Below are positions 50,455-60,147 of a stretch of 64,000 bases of DNA, in pieces. Source of the stretch: Candidatus Latescibacterota bacterium. Its GTDB lineage: Bacteria; Latescibacterota; UBA2968; UBA8231. The number at the start of each line of letters is the position of its first letter. Position 1 is the first letter of the stretch. The stretch covers positions 384,001 to 448,000 of the forward strand of contig CBDCSU010000004.1 in the NCBI GenBank assembly GCA_965221775.1. Reading direction: 5' to 3'. A program made the translations under genes and the position numbers. The notes below the pieces were generated by a model. It was not told the origin of the DNA. It saw only the letters and a program-made list of their open reading frames with translations, and did no database searches.

Positions 50455-51453
50455 CTATTCCGAGCGCGCCGGCTGCAGGCGCTCGAGGTTGATGAGGTTG
50501 AGGACGCCCTGGCCATCGGCGTCGATGATGTACTTCTGCAGCCCCGGCAGGATCCGCTCCATCGTCTCGATGTAGAGCCGCTTCTCGGTCACCTTGGGGG
50601 CTTTCACGTACTCGGCATGGATCGCCCGGAAGCGGTCGGCGTCGCCCTGGGAGCGGCGCACCCGCTCGACGGCGTAGGCCTCGGACTCCTTGATCATGCG
50701 CTCGGCCTCGCCCCGGGCCTTGGGGATTACGTCGTTCTGGTAGCCCCTGGCCTCGTTCACCAGCCGTTCCCGGTCTTCCTTGGCGCTGGCCACATCCTTG
50801 AAGGCCGCGTCCACCTGCTCGGGAGGGCCCACCGACTGCAGCTGCACGGACTCGACGGTGAGCCCGCAGCCGTAGGTCTGGAACAACTCCTGCAGCCTTT
50901 CCTTGATCGCGATCTGCACCTCCAGCTTGCCTTCCGTGAGAACCTCGTCGATGCCGCGTCGGCCCACGACCTGCCGCAGGGCGGCCTCGCAGGCGTCGTG
51001 GACAAGCCCCTCGCCTCCCCCTTCGAAAGCGCCCAGGCCCCGCACCTGAAACAGGGCATCGACGACGTTGCTCACCTTGTACTGCACGACGAGCTCGACG
51101 TTGACGATGTTGAGATCGCCCGTGAGCATGAGCGACTCGTTGGGCCGCTGCCGGTAGCGCGCCGGAGGACCCGGGTCGATGGTGCGGAAGCCGATCTCCT
51201 CCCGGTAGACCCGCGTCACCGAGCGGATGATTTGCATCTCGATCGGCGAGGGCAGACGGTAGTGCAGGCCCGGGTTGACTACCCTCTGCACCTTGCCGAA
51301 GCGCAGGATCACCGCTTTCTCGTCGGGATCGACGGTGTAGATCCCGCTGGCCAGCCACAGGACGGCGAGGACGGCGAGGACGAGGTACACCGTGCACGGG
51401 CTGAAGCGCAGGTTCTGCACGGGAGACTTGGGGAAATCGAACTGTTGAGGCAT
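50455..51453 (-). CDS. hflK: FtsH modulator HflK
   Basis: SGIYTV, MLTGD.NIV, PP.QV.AAF.DV, A.GY.N.VIPKARG.A, RLY.ETME. Confidence 0.95.
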   Translation of the reverse strand: MPQQFDFPKSPVQNLRFSPCTVYLVLAVLAVLWLASGIYTVDPDEKAVILRFGKVQRVVNPGLHYRLPSPIEMQIIRSVTRVYREEIGFRTIDPGPPARYRQRPNESLMLTGDLNIVNVELVVQYKVSNVVDALFQVRGLGAFEGGGEGLVHDACEAALRQVVGRRGIDEVLTEGKLEVQIAIKERLQELFQTYGCGLTVESVQLQSVGPPEQVDAAFKDVASAKEDRERLVNEARGYQNDVIPKARGEAERMIKESEAYAVERVRRSQGDADRFRAIHAEYVKAPKVTEKRLYIETMERILPGLQKYIIDADGQGVLNLINLERLQPARSE

Positions 51454-51466
51454 GGCTACCGTCCGT

Positions 51467-52384
51467 TCAGGGTCCCTCCTCCTCCGCGAGGAGGCCGAGG
51501 GACTCGATGCCTGTCAGGGTGCAGTTCCGCGACGCGGCCCGAATCGCGCGGTCCAGGGCCTGCGGGACCGTCCCGCCTGCCAGCAGACCCGCCGCCATGG
51601 CCGCCAGGAAGACATCCCCGCAGCCCGTGGGATCGACCGGGAGGCCCTCGGGCACCGCCTGCGCCGGTCGGCGAAGGCGGCGAACCCCGCCGTCGGAGGC
51701 CCGCCAGGCGCAGAGCGCGCCCCGTTCACCCAAAGTAATCACGGCAACCTTCGGTCCCAGGTCCAGAAGGGAGACGGCCCACTCCTGCAACTCCTCAGCA
51801 GGGGCTCCCAGGGTACGGGCCTCCAACTCGTTCATCTGAATCAGGTCGGCCATCGACGCCCAGAGGGGCCAGAGAGGTGGGGGACGCGGGTGTCGGCGGC
51901 CCTCCGCGTCCCTCGCCAGGGTCAGGCTGTGGACATCCATCAGGATCGGACCGTCAACGATGCGCCGGAGGCCGCGAAGGGTGTCCGGCTCGAGCTCGAA
52001 CCCGGTGATGAAGTTGACGAGCAGGGCGTCGAGAGAGGAGTTCGAGCAAGGCAGGTCGGCTGGTGCGAGGGGCGGCACGTCCCCCCGGAGACGTTCGCTC
52101 TTGCGCCCGGCGCTGTCATAGCGGATCTCGCAGCGAAAGCCCGGACCGTCTAGCCGCCGCAGTCCCCCCAGTGAGACCTCGGGACAGGCTCCCAGGAGAG
52201 CCTCAACCCTCGGCTCGATCTCCCGCGGGAGCCGTGCGAAGGGCCGGGTGCGCAGCCGCCCCTGCCCGAGGTGGGCCAGGGCACAAGCGGTGAACAGGAT
52301 TCCGCCCAGGCTGTCGCTGCTTCGGCCGTCGGGATGGTGAATCGTGTCGAGGTTGATGCTGCCGATGACCCCGACCTCCGGCAT
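51467..52384 (-). CDS. PfkB/ribokinase-family carbohydrate kinase
   Basis: [28 protein letters not shown]. Confidence 0.88.
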   Translation of the reverse strand: MPEVGVIGSINLDTIHHPDGRSSDSLGGILFTACALAHLGQGRLRTRPFARLPREIEPRVEALLGACPEVSLGGLRRLDGPGFRCEIRYDSAGRKSERLRGDVPPLAPADLPCSNSSLDALLVNFITGFELEPDTLRGLRRIVDGPILMDVHSLTLARDAEGRRHPRPPPLWPLWASMADLIQMNELEARTLGAPAEELQEWAVSLLDLGPKVAVITLGERGALCAWRASDGGVRRLRRPAQAVPEGLPVDPTGCGDVFLAAMAAGLLAGGTVPQALDRAIRAASRNCTLTGIESLGLLAEEEGP

Positions 52385-52497
52385 CGCTCCCCCCGGCGGA
52401 AACCCGGCGGCCTGCCGCCATCCGGTGCCACGGGCGGTCCCGGGATCAGCCATGGCCGGCTTTGACCTTTGGGCGATGGACCCCTATGCTCCCTCTC

Positions 52498-53112
52498 ATG
52501 GCGATCGTACCTGTTGTCATCGAGCAGACGGGCCGCGGCGAGCGGGCCTACGACATCTTCTCGCGGCTCCTCAAGGAACGGATCATCTTCATCGGGTCGG
52601 TGATCGACGACGCCGAAGCCAACCTGATCATCGCCCAGTTGCTCTTCCTGGCCTCCGAGGACCCAAAGAAGGACATCTCCCTCTACATCAACAGCCCCGG
52701 AGGCCTGATCACCTCGGGCCTGGCGATCTACGACACGATTCAGCACATCCCCTGCGACGTGGCCACCCTCTGCGTCGGCCAGGCCTACAGCATGTCGGCC
52801 ATCCTGCTGTCCGGCGGCACCCAGGGAAAGCGCCACGCCCTGCCCCATTCGCGGGTGATGCTCCACCAGCCCTGGGGAGGCGTGGGCGGCCAGGCCGCCG
52901 ACGTGGAGATCCACGCGCGCGAGATCATGGAGTGGCGCCGCCGGCTCAACCAGATCCTCGTGGAGCACACCGGCAAGGACAGGGAGACGATCGACCAGGT
53001 CACCGACCGCAGCTACTACCTGTCGCCCCAGGAGGCCCGAGACTTCGGCCTGATCGACGGAGTCTTCCAGTCGGCAGCCGAGGCCGGCGCCGCCGAGCTC
53101 GTCCCCGCCTGA
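52498..53112 (+). CDS. clpP: ATP-dependent Clp protease proteolytic subunit paralogue (triad Asp replaced by Ser)
   Basis: [38 protein letters not shown] (Ser), HQP (His); TDRSYYLS at the DRD position. Confidence 0.93.
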   Translation: MAIVPVVIEQTGRGERAYDIFSRLLKERIIFIGSVIDDAEANLIIAQLLFLASEDPKKDISLYINSPGGLITSGLAIYDTIQHIPCDVATLCVGQAYSMSAILLSGGTQGKRHALPHSRVMLHQPWGGVGGQAADVEIHAREIMEWRRRLNQILVEHTGKDRETIDQVTDRSYYLSPQEARDFGLIDGVFQSAAEAGAAELVPA

Positions 53113-53119
53113 CCTGCCC

Positions 53120-54130
53120 TCAGAAGGCGGCGACCTCCCCGATCCGCCGCGCTCCGCAGAGGAGCATCACCAGGCGGTCGAAGCCGAGGGCCACTCCCGA
53201 GGCCTCCGGCATCGATGTGAGATCCCGCAGGAACTCCTCGTCCAGGGGCAGTTCCCGCCGCTTCTCCCGCCGCCGCCGCAGTCGCTCCACGCGGAAGCGC
53301 CGTCTCTGCTGCCTGGCGTCGGTCAACTCGCCGAACCCGTTGGCGAGCTCGAGTCCGCCGGCATAGGACTCGAAGCGCTCCGACACCCGGGGGTCCTTCC
53401 CGTCGAGACGGGCCAGAGCCGCCAACTGCGCGGGATAGGCGGTCAGGTGAACGCCCTGCCCCATGTTGGCGAGGGCTGGCTCGACGCGCTCCACCAGCAG
53501 CTTGTGGAAGACGGTCTCCCACTCGTCGCCATCCTCGACGCTGGTGCACCCGGCTGCGCGGGCGCCCTCCCGCAGCGACCTGGCGCCGCCGTCGAGGAGA
53601 CAGTCCCGGGGGATCCCGGCGTGACGCTCGAAGGCGGCGGCCACCGTGAGCCGCGGCCAGGGTGGGGTCAGGTCCACGGGGGCGCCGGCGGGGCTGCGGC
53701 CGCAGGATCCGCCGTTGACCTTGCGGGCGGCCTTCGACAGGAGACCCTCCACGTCGGCCAGGATCCGGTCGGGGCCCGCATGCGCCCGGTACCACTCCAC
53801 CATGACGAACTCCGGCCGGTGGCTCGGAGAGTGCTCGCCGCCGCGGAAGCAGCGGCAGATCTGGTAGATCTTCGGGGGGCTCCCCAGAGCCAGCAGACGC
53901 TTCATGTGGTACTCGGGAGAGGTGATCAGCCAGCCGGCGCCGCCGCCGAGGCCGACGGGCTCCAAGTGGGCGTCGAGGGCGGGCGCCGGCACGGCGGCGG
54001 GCGTCTCGACCTCGACGAAACCCTGGTGCCTGAAGTACTCACGAACCGCCTCAAGGACCGAGTGCCTCAAGGAGAGGAGCTGACCCAGACTTTCGCGGGA
54101 CCTGGACTCGCCGGCCGGGCCTCGGATCAT
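53120..54130 (-). CDS. epmA: EF-P lysine aminoacylase (GenX/PoxA)
   Basis: F.EVETP, L.TSPEYHMKRLL, H.PEF.M.EWYR, YPA..AALAR, ERFE.Y..GLELANGF.EL, GVALG.DRL; no anticodon-binding domain. Confidence 0.93.
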   Translation of the reverse strand: MIRGPAGESRSRESLGQLLSLRHSVLEAVREYFRHQGFVEVETPAAVPAPALDAHLEPVGLGGGAGWLITSPEYHMKRLLALGSPPKIYQICRCFRGGEHSPSHRPEFVMVEWYRAHAGPDRILADVEGLLSKAARKVNGGSCGRSPAGAPVDLTPPWPRLTVAAAFERHAGIPRDCLLDGGARSLREGARAAGCTSVEDGDEWETVFHKLLVERVEPALANMGQGVHLTAYPAQLAALARLDGKDPRVSERFESYAGGLELANGFGELTDARQQRRRFRVERLRRRREKRRELPLDEEFLRDLTSMPEASGVALGFDRLVMLLCGARRIGEVAAF

Positions 54131-54185
54131 CTCGAGTGCGGAGCTGCCGGTCCGAGGGGGTCGGATGGCGGCCGGAGAACGACGG

Positions 54186-55409
54186 TCAGGCCCGCTTCTT
54201 CCGGTAGACGAAGGTGGGCGGGCCCTTGTGCTGGATGAAGTCGGCGGTGATGATGCACTCCTTGACCTCGTTCCTCGAGGGTAACTCGAACATGATCTCG
54301 TACATCGCCGTCTCCAGGACCGCCCGCAGACCCCTGGCGCCCATGGACTTCTCCTGCGAGAGCTCGACCACCTTGCGCAAGGCCTCGTCCTCGAAACTGA
54401 GACCCAGACCATCCATCTCGAAGAGCTTCTTGTACTGGCGGACGAGGGCGTTCTTCGGCTTCTCGAGGATTTCGAGGAGGGCGTAGTCGCTCAGGGGGTG
54501 AAGGGTGCTGATCACCGGGAGGCGCCCGATCAACTCGGGGATCAGCCCGTACTGGATGAGGTCCTCCGGCTCCACCCGCGACAGCAGTTGGCCAGCGTCG
54601 AGCTCGTCCTTCGCCTCGTGCTGGACGCCGAACCCCATGGCGCGGCTGCCGATTCGGGAGGAGATGATCTTGTCGAGCCCGTCGAAGGCACCGCCGCAGA
54701 TGAACAGGATGTTCCGTGTGTTGATCTGTACGAGGGGCTGTTCCGGATGCTTGCGCCCACCCTTCGGGGGCACTCCCGAAACCGTGCCCTCCAGAATCTT
54801 GAGCAGCTCCTGCTGCACCCCCTCCCCCGACACGTCCCTGGTGATCGACGGGTTGCCCGACTTGCGCGCCACCTTGTCGATCTCGTCGATGAAGAGGATG
54901 CCGCGCTCCGCCTGCGCCACGTCGTAGTCGGCGGACTGGAGGATGCGGACCAGGATGTTCTCCACGTCCTCACCGACGTACCCGGCCTCGGTGAGGACCG
55001 TGGCATCGACGATGGCAAAGGGAACCTGGAGTATCCGGGCAAGAGACTCGGCCAGCAGCGTCTTGCCGGTGCCGGTGGGTCCGATGAGCAGGATGTTGCT
55101 CTTGGACAACTCCACATCGGAGCCGCCCGAGTTCACCCTCTTGTAGTGGTTGTATACGGCCACGGAGAGGGCCTTCTTGGACCGTTCCTGGCCGATGATG
55201 TGTTCGTCCAGCTGGCCCTTGAGTTCCGCGGGCTTCGGCAGAGGATCGCCGTTGAGGCTGGGCTTCTGCTTGTCCTCCTCCTCCAGCACCTCGTTGCACA
55301 ACGAAACGCACTCGTTGCAGATGTGCACGGAGGAAGGGCCGGTGACGATCTTGTCGACCTGCCCCACGCCTTTGCCGCAGAATGCGCAGCTGACGGTCTT
55401 CTTCAGCAC
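54186..55409 (-). CDS. clpX: ATP-dependent Clp protease ATP-binding subunit ClpX
   Basis: CxFC...ICNEC Zn domain, [34 protein letters not shown] loop, GARGLR. Confidence 0.98.
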   Translation of the reverse strand: MLKKTVSCAFCGKGVGQVDKIVTGPSSVHICNECVSLCNEVLEEEDKQKPSLNGDPLPKPAELKGQLDEHIIGQERSKKALSVAVYNHYKRVNSGGSDVELSKSNILLIGPTGTGKTLLAESLARILQVPFAIVDATVLTEAGYVGEDVENILVRILQSADYDVAQAERGILFIDEIDKVARKSGNPSITRDVSGEGVQQELLKILEGTVSGVPPKGGRKHPEQPLVQINTRNILFICGGAFDGLDKIISSRIGSRAMGFGVQHEAKDELDAGQLLSRVEPEDLIQYGLIPELIGRLPVISTLHPLSDYALLEILEKPKNALVRQYKKLFEMDGLGLSFEDEALRKVVELSQEKSMGARGLRAVLETAMYEIMFELPSRNEVKECIITADFIQHKGPPTFVYRKKRA

Positions 55410-55430
55410 CGCGTCCCCTCCGGGCCGCGC

Positions 55431-56153
55431 TCAGCTCGGAGCCGGGGCCGACTCGTCGTCCTCTCCGTCCTGTGCGGCTCCAGCCTCGGCGGCTTCGGCC
55501 ACGGGCAGGGCGGCGTCCGTCTTCTCTTCCTCGGAAGATTCCGAAGCCACTGCAGACTCCGTCTCGCTCAACTCTCCGGACTCCTCGTCGAGCCCTCCGA
55601 GTTCCTGAGCCTCCGCCTCCTGACCTGCGACGCGCGTGGCGTCCTCGGAAGACTCTCCGGAGCCGGGCTTCATCACGTTGATCGCTTGGAAACCCTTGGC
55701 CGTCTTGGTGACCATGAACTCCACCTCGTCGCCCTGGGTCAGACTGCGGTCCCAGGAGGAAATATCGCGCCAATGCACGAAGACATCGGTGTCGGCCGCC
55801 GTAGAGATGAATCCGTATCCCTTGTCGTTGTTGAACCACTTGACGGCACCTCGGATCCAGGTGTTCTCCTCAAGGCCCTCGCCGCGTCCGCGGGGCGCGG
55901 AAGCCTCGGGCCTTCCGGGCCTTGAGGACGGCGTCTGGGCAGGGGCTGGAGCCGCCTTCCCTCCCTCGACCTCCACGACGCGGTCGAGCATCTGCCGCCG
56001 GACCGATTCGCCACCGCTGCCGTCGAGAAGCCACTCGAGGCTCGTGAACAGACCGATGACATAGGAACTGTCGGCCCCGTACAGGCGGCGGGCCTGGACG
56101 ATCCGATCTGCGATGGATGAGATGTTACCGTGATTGATCTGCAGGGATGCCAA
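55431..56153 (-). CDS. cold-shock domain protein with N-terminal helical extension and acidic C-terminal tail
   Basis: GAVKWFNNDKGYGFI, DVFVHW.DI, L.QGDEVEF; TTG start after GGAGGAGG RBS. Confidence 0.85.
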   Translation of the reverse strand: MASLQINHGNISSIADRIVQARRLYGADSSYVIGLFTSLEWLLDGSGGESVRRQMLDRVVEVEGGKAAPAPAQTPSSRPGRPEASAPRGRGEGLEENTWIRGAVKWFNNDKGYGFISTAADTDVFVHWRDISSWDRSLTQGDEVEFMVTKTAKGFQAINVMKPGSGESSEDATRVAGQEAEAQELGGLDEESGELSETESAVASESSEEEKTDAALPVAEAAEAGAAQDGEDDESAPAPS

Positions 56154-56278
56154 ACGATCACCCTCCTCCCCTGACCCAAGTCAATCCGGCGGGGCCCGCC
56201 GCCGGCCTGGCACTGGAATCGACCGATATGTGAGCCGGTCATCGAATCACTCTAAGTACCCACACGGCTGTTCCATTG

Positions 56279-57778
56279 TCAACTCTGGGAGACTCTGCTC
56301 CAGGTCGCCCCCCGGACGTCGGGTCGCGGGAGCCCGGAGATCCGGTACCCCCGGACTCCCTCGTGGAACCTCTGGACGCTGACCTTGAGGATTCCGGTGG
56401 CGGGAACGGCGATCAGCATGCCGACCACACCCCCGAACTCGCTGCCCATCATCACCACCGTCAGCACCACCAGGGGATGGAGGGCGACACTGCGGGCGAC
56501 GACGATAGGCTGCACCAGCACGTTGTCGACGATCTGGATGCACAGGAACAGCAGGACCACCTTGGCCACCATCGCGCCGCCGCTCGCCGTGGCCAGAGCC
56601 ACCCCGGTGGCCGAAGCGATGCCGATGACCGGCCCCAGGTAGGGGATCATGTTCGCCAGGCCCGCGGCGATGCCCACGGGAATTGCGTACGGCAGCTCAA
56701 GAAGGATCAAGCCCGTCACCGAGAGGAAGGCGACGACGGAGACGGCGAGAAGCTGTCCGCGTATATACCCGCCGATGGAGTGGTTGATGGAGTGCACGAG
56801 GTTGAGGGTCATCTCGAAGTAGGCGTTGGGGACCATCTCGACCAGGGCACGGGTGATCCGCCGTCCTTCCTTGAGGAAGAAGAAGGCCACGAAGGGAACC
56901 AAGACCAGGAGCATGACGCCCGAGACGAAACCACTGAGCAGCCGGGTCGTCACCGAGCCGCTGAGGAACCTCGTCGTGCGCTCGAAGAGAACGTCGACGA
57001 GTTGGTGGCTGTGGGTCGTGACCCATGTGGTGGCGGCGGCCATCGACTCCTCCCCGAAGCCGAGGTAGCGGCCGAGTCTCCAGGTCTTGGAGGTGATCCG
57101 CCTGACGAGGTGGGGGCCTGCCAGGCCGAAATCGAGACCTCCCGCCGAGAGGGTCCACTCGCCCAGGGGCCTGGCACCTCCGTGGCGTCGCTCCCAGGCG
57201 CCCTTCTGATCTCCCCTCTCCATCAGATTGCCGCGCAGAGGTATCGCATGAGGGGTGCCGGCCAGGCCCTCCAGGACGAGGGCGCCCGCATGTTCGGCAA
57301 CGTCGAGTGGAGCGAATTCAACCCTCAGGGCCGTCTGCTGTCCCGGCTCCAGAAAGAGCTTTCCGTCCGCCGGGTCGAGAAGGACGAAGGGGTTGGTCTC
57401 GCCCTCCGACCGGATGGTGGCCCGCGCGGAGAGGGCCTGGTCCGCCCGTCCCGTTATGGTGATCGTGGACTGGACGCGCTCCGGCCGCAGCAGGTCTTCG
57501 TAGAGATCGATCATCTCCCCGGTCATGCGCTTGCCGAGGGTGACCATCCCGAAGGCCAGCACGGCGAAGGTCGCGAGGAAGATCAGCAGGATGCTGGGCA
57601 CGCGTCTCAGCCCCCGAGCCTCCATACCATCCACCAACGGCGTCAGGACGTAGGCGAGGACGAAGGCGAGCACGAAGGGAGCCAGGATGCCCCGAAGGAG
57701 GTATACCAGCCACAGGGCCAGGAGGGCCGTGAGGATGGCCGCCAGCAGCGCGATCCTCGGACCGGAAAGGGAGCCCAT
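56279..57778 (-). CDS. AI-2E family transporter with inserted Ig-like domain
   Basis: PF.LA.VLAY.L.P.V, F.AFF.LKEG, GYIRGQ, N.IPYLGP, Q..DN.LVQP, LHP, G..GMLIAVP; about 120-aa soluble insert. Confidence 0.9.
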   Translation of the reverse strand: MGSLSGPRIALLAAILTALLALWLVYLLRGILAPFVLAFVLAYVLTPLVDGMEARGLRRVPSILLIFLATFAVLAFGMVTLGKRMTGEMIDLYEDLLRPERVQSTITITGRADQALSARATIRSEGETNPFVLLDPADGKLFLEPGQQTALRVEFAPLDVAEHAGALVLEGLAGTPHAIPLRGNLMERGDQKGAWERRHGGARPLGEWTLSAGGLDFGLAGPHLVRRITSKTWRLGRYLGFGEESMAAATTWVTTHSHQLVDVLFERTTRFLSGSVTTRLLSGFVSGVMLLVLVPFVAFFFLKEGRRITRALVEMVPNAYFEMTLNLVHSINHSIGGYIRGQLLAVSVVAFLSVTGLILLELPYAIPVGIAAGLANMIPYLGPVIGIASATGVALATASGGAMVAKVVLLFLCIQIVDNVLVQPIVVARSVALHPLVVLTVVMMGSEFGGVVGMLIAVPATGILKVSVQRFHEGVRGYRISGLPRPDVRGATWSRVSQS

Positions 57779-57780
57779 GT

Positions 57781-58368
57781 TCAGCCCTCGGCCGGCGGCT
57801 CCTCGCCGGCCCCGGCTCCGTCCGCCGGCTCGCCGGAATCAGCCTCCGCCTCGAGCCGGCGCACCCTCTGCCGGGCCTCCCGCAGCAAGCGGTTGGTCTG
57901 GCGCAGCCGTACCGCGGCCATGCGCGAGAGCTGCATCACGACCTTTACTCCGATGCGAGGCTGGCTCTTGATCAGCTGGAGCAGCTCGGGACGGTAGAGC
58001 CCCACGACCCTGGTCGACTGCCGGGCCACCGCGGAGGCGGTGCGGGGCGACTCGTCGAGGAGCACCTGGTCTCCGAAGAAGTCCCCCTCACCGAAGGTGG
58101 CGACTTCGACGGCGGCGCCGTCCGCCTCCTCCTGGAGGACCGCCACCTCTCCGGAGAGGATGACATACATCCCGACCCCCGGGTCCCCCGCTCTGACGAT
58201 GGTCTCCTCCGCGGAATAGGTGCGCGGATGGAGGACTTCGCGGACGCGCTCGAACTCCCGGCGGCTCAGATCCTGAAAGACCGGAACCTTGGACAACACT
58301 TCGTAGAGTTCGTCACCGTCGCGGTCCCGGCGGCGGAAGAGGTTACTCCAGAAGGGGTCCGGGGGCAT
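57781..58368 (-). CDS. stand-alone cyclic nucleotide-binding domain protein
   Basis: L.KVP.F.DL, GD.G.GMYVILSGEV, GDFFGD..LL...PRTAS.VA; no HTH. Confidence 0.88.
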   Translation of the reverse strand: MPPDPFWSNLFRRRDRDGDELYEVLSKVPVFQDLSRREFERVREVLHPRTYSAEETIVRAGDPGVGMYVILSGEVAVLQEEADGAAVEVATFGEGDFFGDQVLLDESPRTASAVARQSTRVVGLYRPELLQLIKSQPRIGVKVVMQLSRMAAVRLRQTNRLLREARQRVRRLEAEADSGEPADGAGAGEEPPAEG

Positions 58369-58406
58369 GGGACGGGTCGGCGAAATCGGTTCGTGCCGCG
58401 AGGAGA

Positions 58407-58733
58407 TCAGGCCAGGACGGCGTCCAGCTTCTCGCTGATCTGCACCTTGGGAACGGCGCCGATGACCTGATCGGCGACCTTTCCCTCGCGAAAGATGAGC
58501 AGGGTGGGAATGCTGCGGATTCCGTATTCCTGTGCCGTCCTCTGTGCCGAGTCGACATCGAGCTTGCCGACCTTGGCACGGCCGTCGTATTCGCCCGCCA
58601 GCTCCTCGACAATGGGCGAGACCATCCGGCACGGCCCGCACCAAGTCGCCCAGAAGTCGACGAGCACGGGCCGGTCGGACTCAAGGACTTCGGATGCGAA
58701 GTTGTCGTCGGTCAGGACGATCGGATCGGCCAT
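58407..58733 (-). CDS. trxA: thioredoxin
   Basis: VLVDFWATWCGPCRM, YGIRSIPTL. Confidence 0.97.
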   Translation of the reverse strand: MADPIVLTDDNFASEVLESDRPVLVDFWATWCGPCRMVSPIVEELAGEYDGRAKVGKLDVDSAQRTAQEYGIRSIPTLLIFREGKVADQVIGAVPKVQISEKLDAVLA

Positions 58734-58777
58734 CGAACCTCCAGTTGGGTAAGTCAGTGTTTATCCGTCACTTACTG

Positions 58778-59863
58778 TCAGTGCCCAATATACTGGGGAG
58801 CGTCTTTCCGTGTCAACCCAGGGGTTGTGCCCGGCCGGGGTGGGACCAGGGCCGCCAGACAGAGGTCCAGCACCGCCCGGGAACGCGTTCTGCCTCCTCC
58901 GCCCTTGAGCAGATCGTCGGTCCGGCGCAGCGCGCTCAGCCCCCGCCAGAGGGCGAGGGACGAGAATCGGCGGGCCTGTTGCCGGTAGGACTCCAGGAAG
59001 AAGGGCGCGACTCCCAAGCTGCGCGCCATCCGATCCTTCGGCAGCCCCTCTTTCTCGAGCTGCTGGGTGCGAAGCAGCAGCTGCAGATGGCGGGCCATGA
59101 GCGGCAGGATGCGGTTCGGCTCCTCGCCCTGCTCCAGCAGCGCATGCAGCAGCCCCGCCGCACCCCGGCGGTCCGCCCGGCCCACGGCATCGGTGAAGTC
59201 GAAGACACTCTCGCCCCGGGTGCCCACAAGGGCTTCCACGTCCTCATCCTTGACGGCCCCGGCCCCGCCGACGAACAGAGATAGCTTGTCGAGCTCATTG
59301 GCCAGCTCCGCCAACTGGGTTCCCACGTACATCCCCAGTCGCTCCACGGCGCCGGCGGAAGGCTGCAGGTTCCGCTCGGCCGCCATCTCCCGGATCACCT
59401 CCGGCAACTGGTTGTCGTAGGGAACCCGGAACTCACAGCCGATCCCCTGTTTCGCCAGTTGCGAAAAAAAGCGGCGGCGCATGTCGACCTTGCCGCCCAC
59501 GGCGAGCAGGACCGAGCTCTCGGAGGGGTCTTCGACGATCGGCTCGAGGGCCTTGCACAACGGTGGAGTCAGGCGCTCGACGTTGCGCAGGGCCACCACC
59601 CGGTGGGTCGCCATCATCGGGTAGGAGTAGTAGACGTCGAGCAGCCTTTGCGGATCGAGAGCGTCGCCATGGAACCGGTCGACGTTGAAGTCGGCCGCCG
59701 CATCGGGACGGAGACGTTCCATGAGCCACTCATACAGGCCATCGCGGCGGTAGGCTTCCTCGCCGTGGAGCAGGTAGAAGGGCGCCCCATCGCCGTTCTC
59801 GACATGGTGGCGCACGGCCTCCGGATTCCATCGAGAGGAGCGAGAACGCCTGGCCGCGCTCAC
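58778..59863 (-). CDS. holA: DNA polymerase III delta subunit
   Basis: YLLHGEE.Y, DFN...F.G, PMM..HR.V, NEL.KL.LF, VFD.TDA, D..LK.G. Confidence 0.9.
   Translation of the reverse strand: MSAARRSRSSRWNPEAVRHHVENGDGAPFYLLHGEEAYRRDGLYEWLMERLRPDAAADFNVDRFHGDALDPQRLLDVYYSYPMMATHRVVALRNVERLTPPLCKALEPIVEDPSESSVLLAVGGKVDMRRRFFSQLAKQGIGCEFRVPYDNQLPEVIREMAAERNLQPSAGAVERLGMYVGTQLAELANELDKLSLFVGGAGAVKDEDVEALVGTRGESVFDFTDAVGRADRRGAAGLLHALLEQGEEPNRILPLMARHLQLLLRTQQLEKEGLPKDRMARSLGVAPFFLESYRQQARRFSSLALWRGLSALRRTDDLLKGGGGRTRSRAVLDLCLAALVPPRPGTTPGLTRKDAPQYIGH
58787..58816 (-). promoter_or_regulatory. putative sigma70 promoter for trxA inside the 3' end of holA
   Basis: Minus strand TTGACA (58816-58811) -18 bp- TATATT (58792-58787). 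Confidence 0.5.
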
Positions 59864-60039
59864 CGCCCCTCCTCCTTCGGGGACGGGTCCGCCGCATCCT
59901 CGAACTCGGCCTCCACGACGCGGCGTCGGTCGAGGGTTGCGCGGGCCCTCCGGGCATCGTCGGGCTCCGACCGGCCGATGGACCGGATCAGGCGATAGCC
60001 AAGCCCGCAGAGGAGACCGAAGAGAAGGAGCTTGATCAA
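59860..60039 (-). CDS. 59-aa single-pass membrane protein (not in the ORF track)
   Basis: TTG 60039; LIKLLLFGLLCGLGYRLIRSIGRSEPDDARRARATLDRRRVVEAEFEDAADPSPKEEGR*; stop overlaps the holA GTG. Confidence 0.65.
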   Translation of the reverse strand: MIKLLLFGLLCGLGYRLIRSIGRSEPDDARRARATLDRRRVVEAEFEDAADPSPKEEGR

Positions 60040-60075
60040 CGTGAGTTCTTGTGAGGGACGAGGGGGCCGGTGGGC

Positions 60076-60104
60076 AAACTACCGGGGTGTGCGGCGGGGG
60101 TCAA
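60076..60104 (-). promoter_or_regulatory. putative sigma70 promoter for the small ORF-holA unit
   Basis: Minus strand TTGACC (60104-60099) -17 bp- TAGTTT (60081-60076). Confidence 0.45.
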
Positions 60105-60147
60105 CAAGGGGGAGGGCCGATCCCACGCTTTCCGGAAGACCCGGCGA

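Noticed and set aside
53120-54130. Possible second lysyl-tRNA synthetase
   Set aside because: It lacks the anticodon-binding domain and has the TSPEYHMKRLL signature of EpmA.
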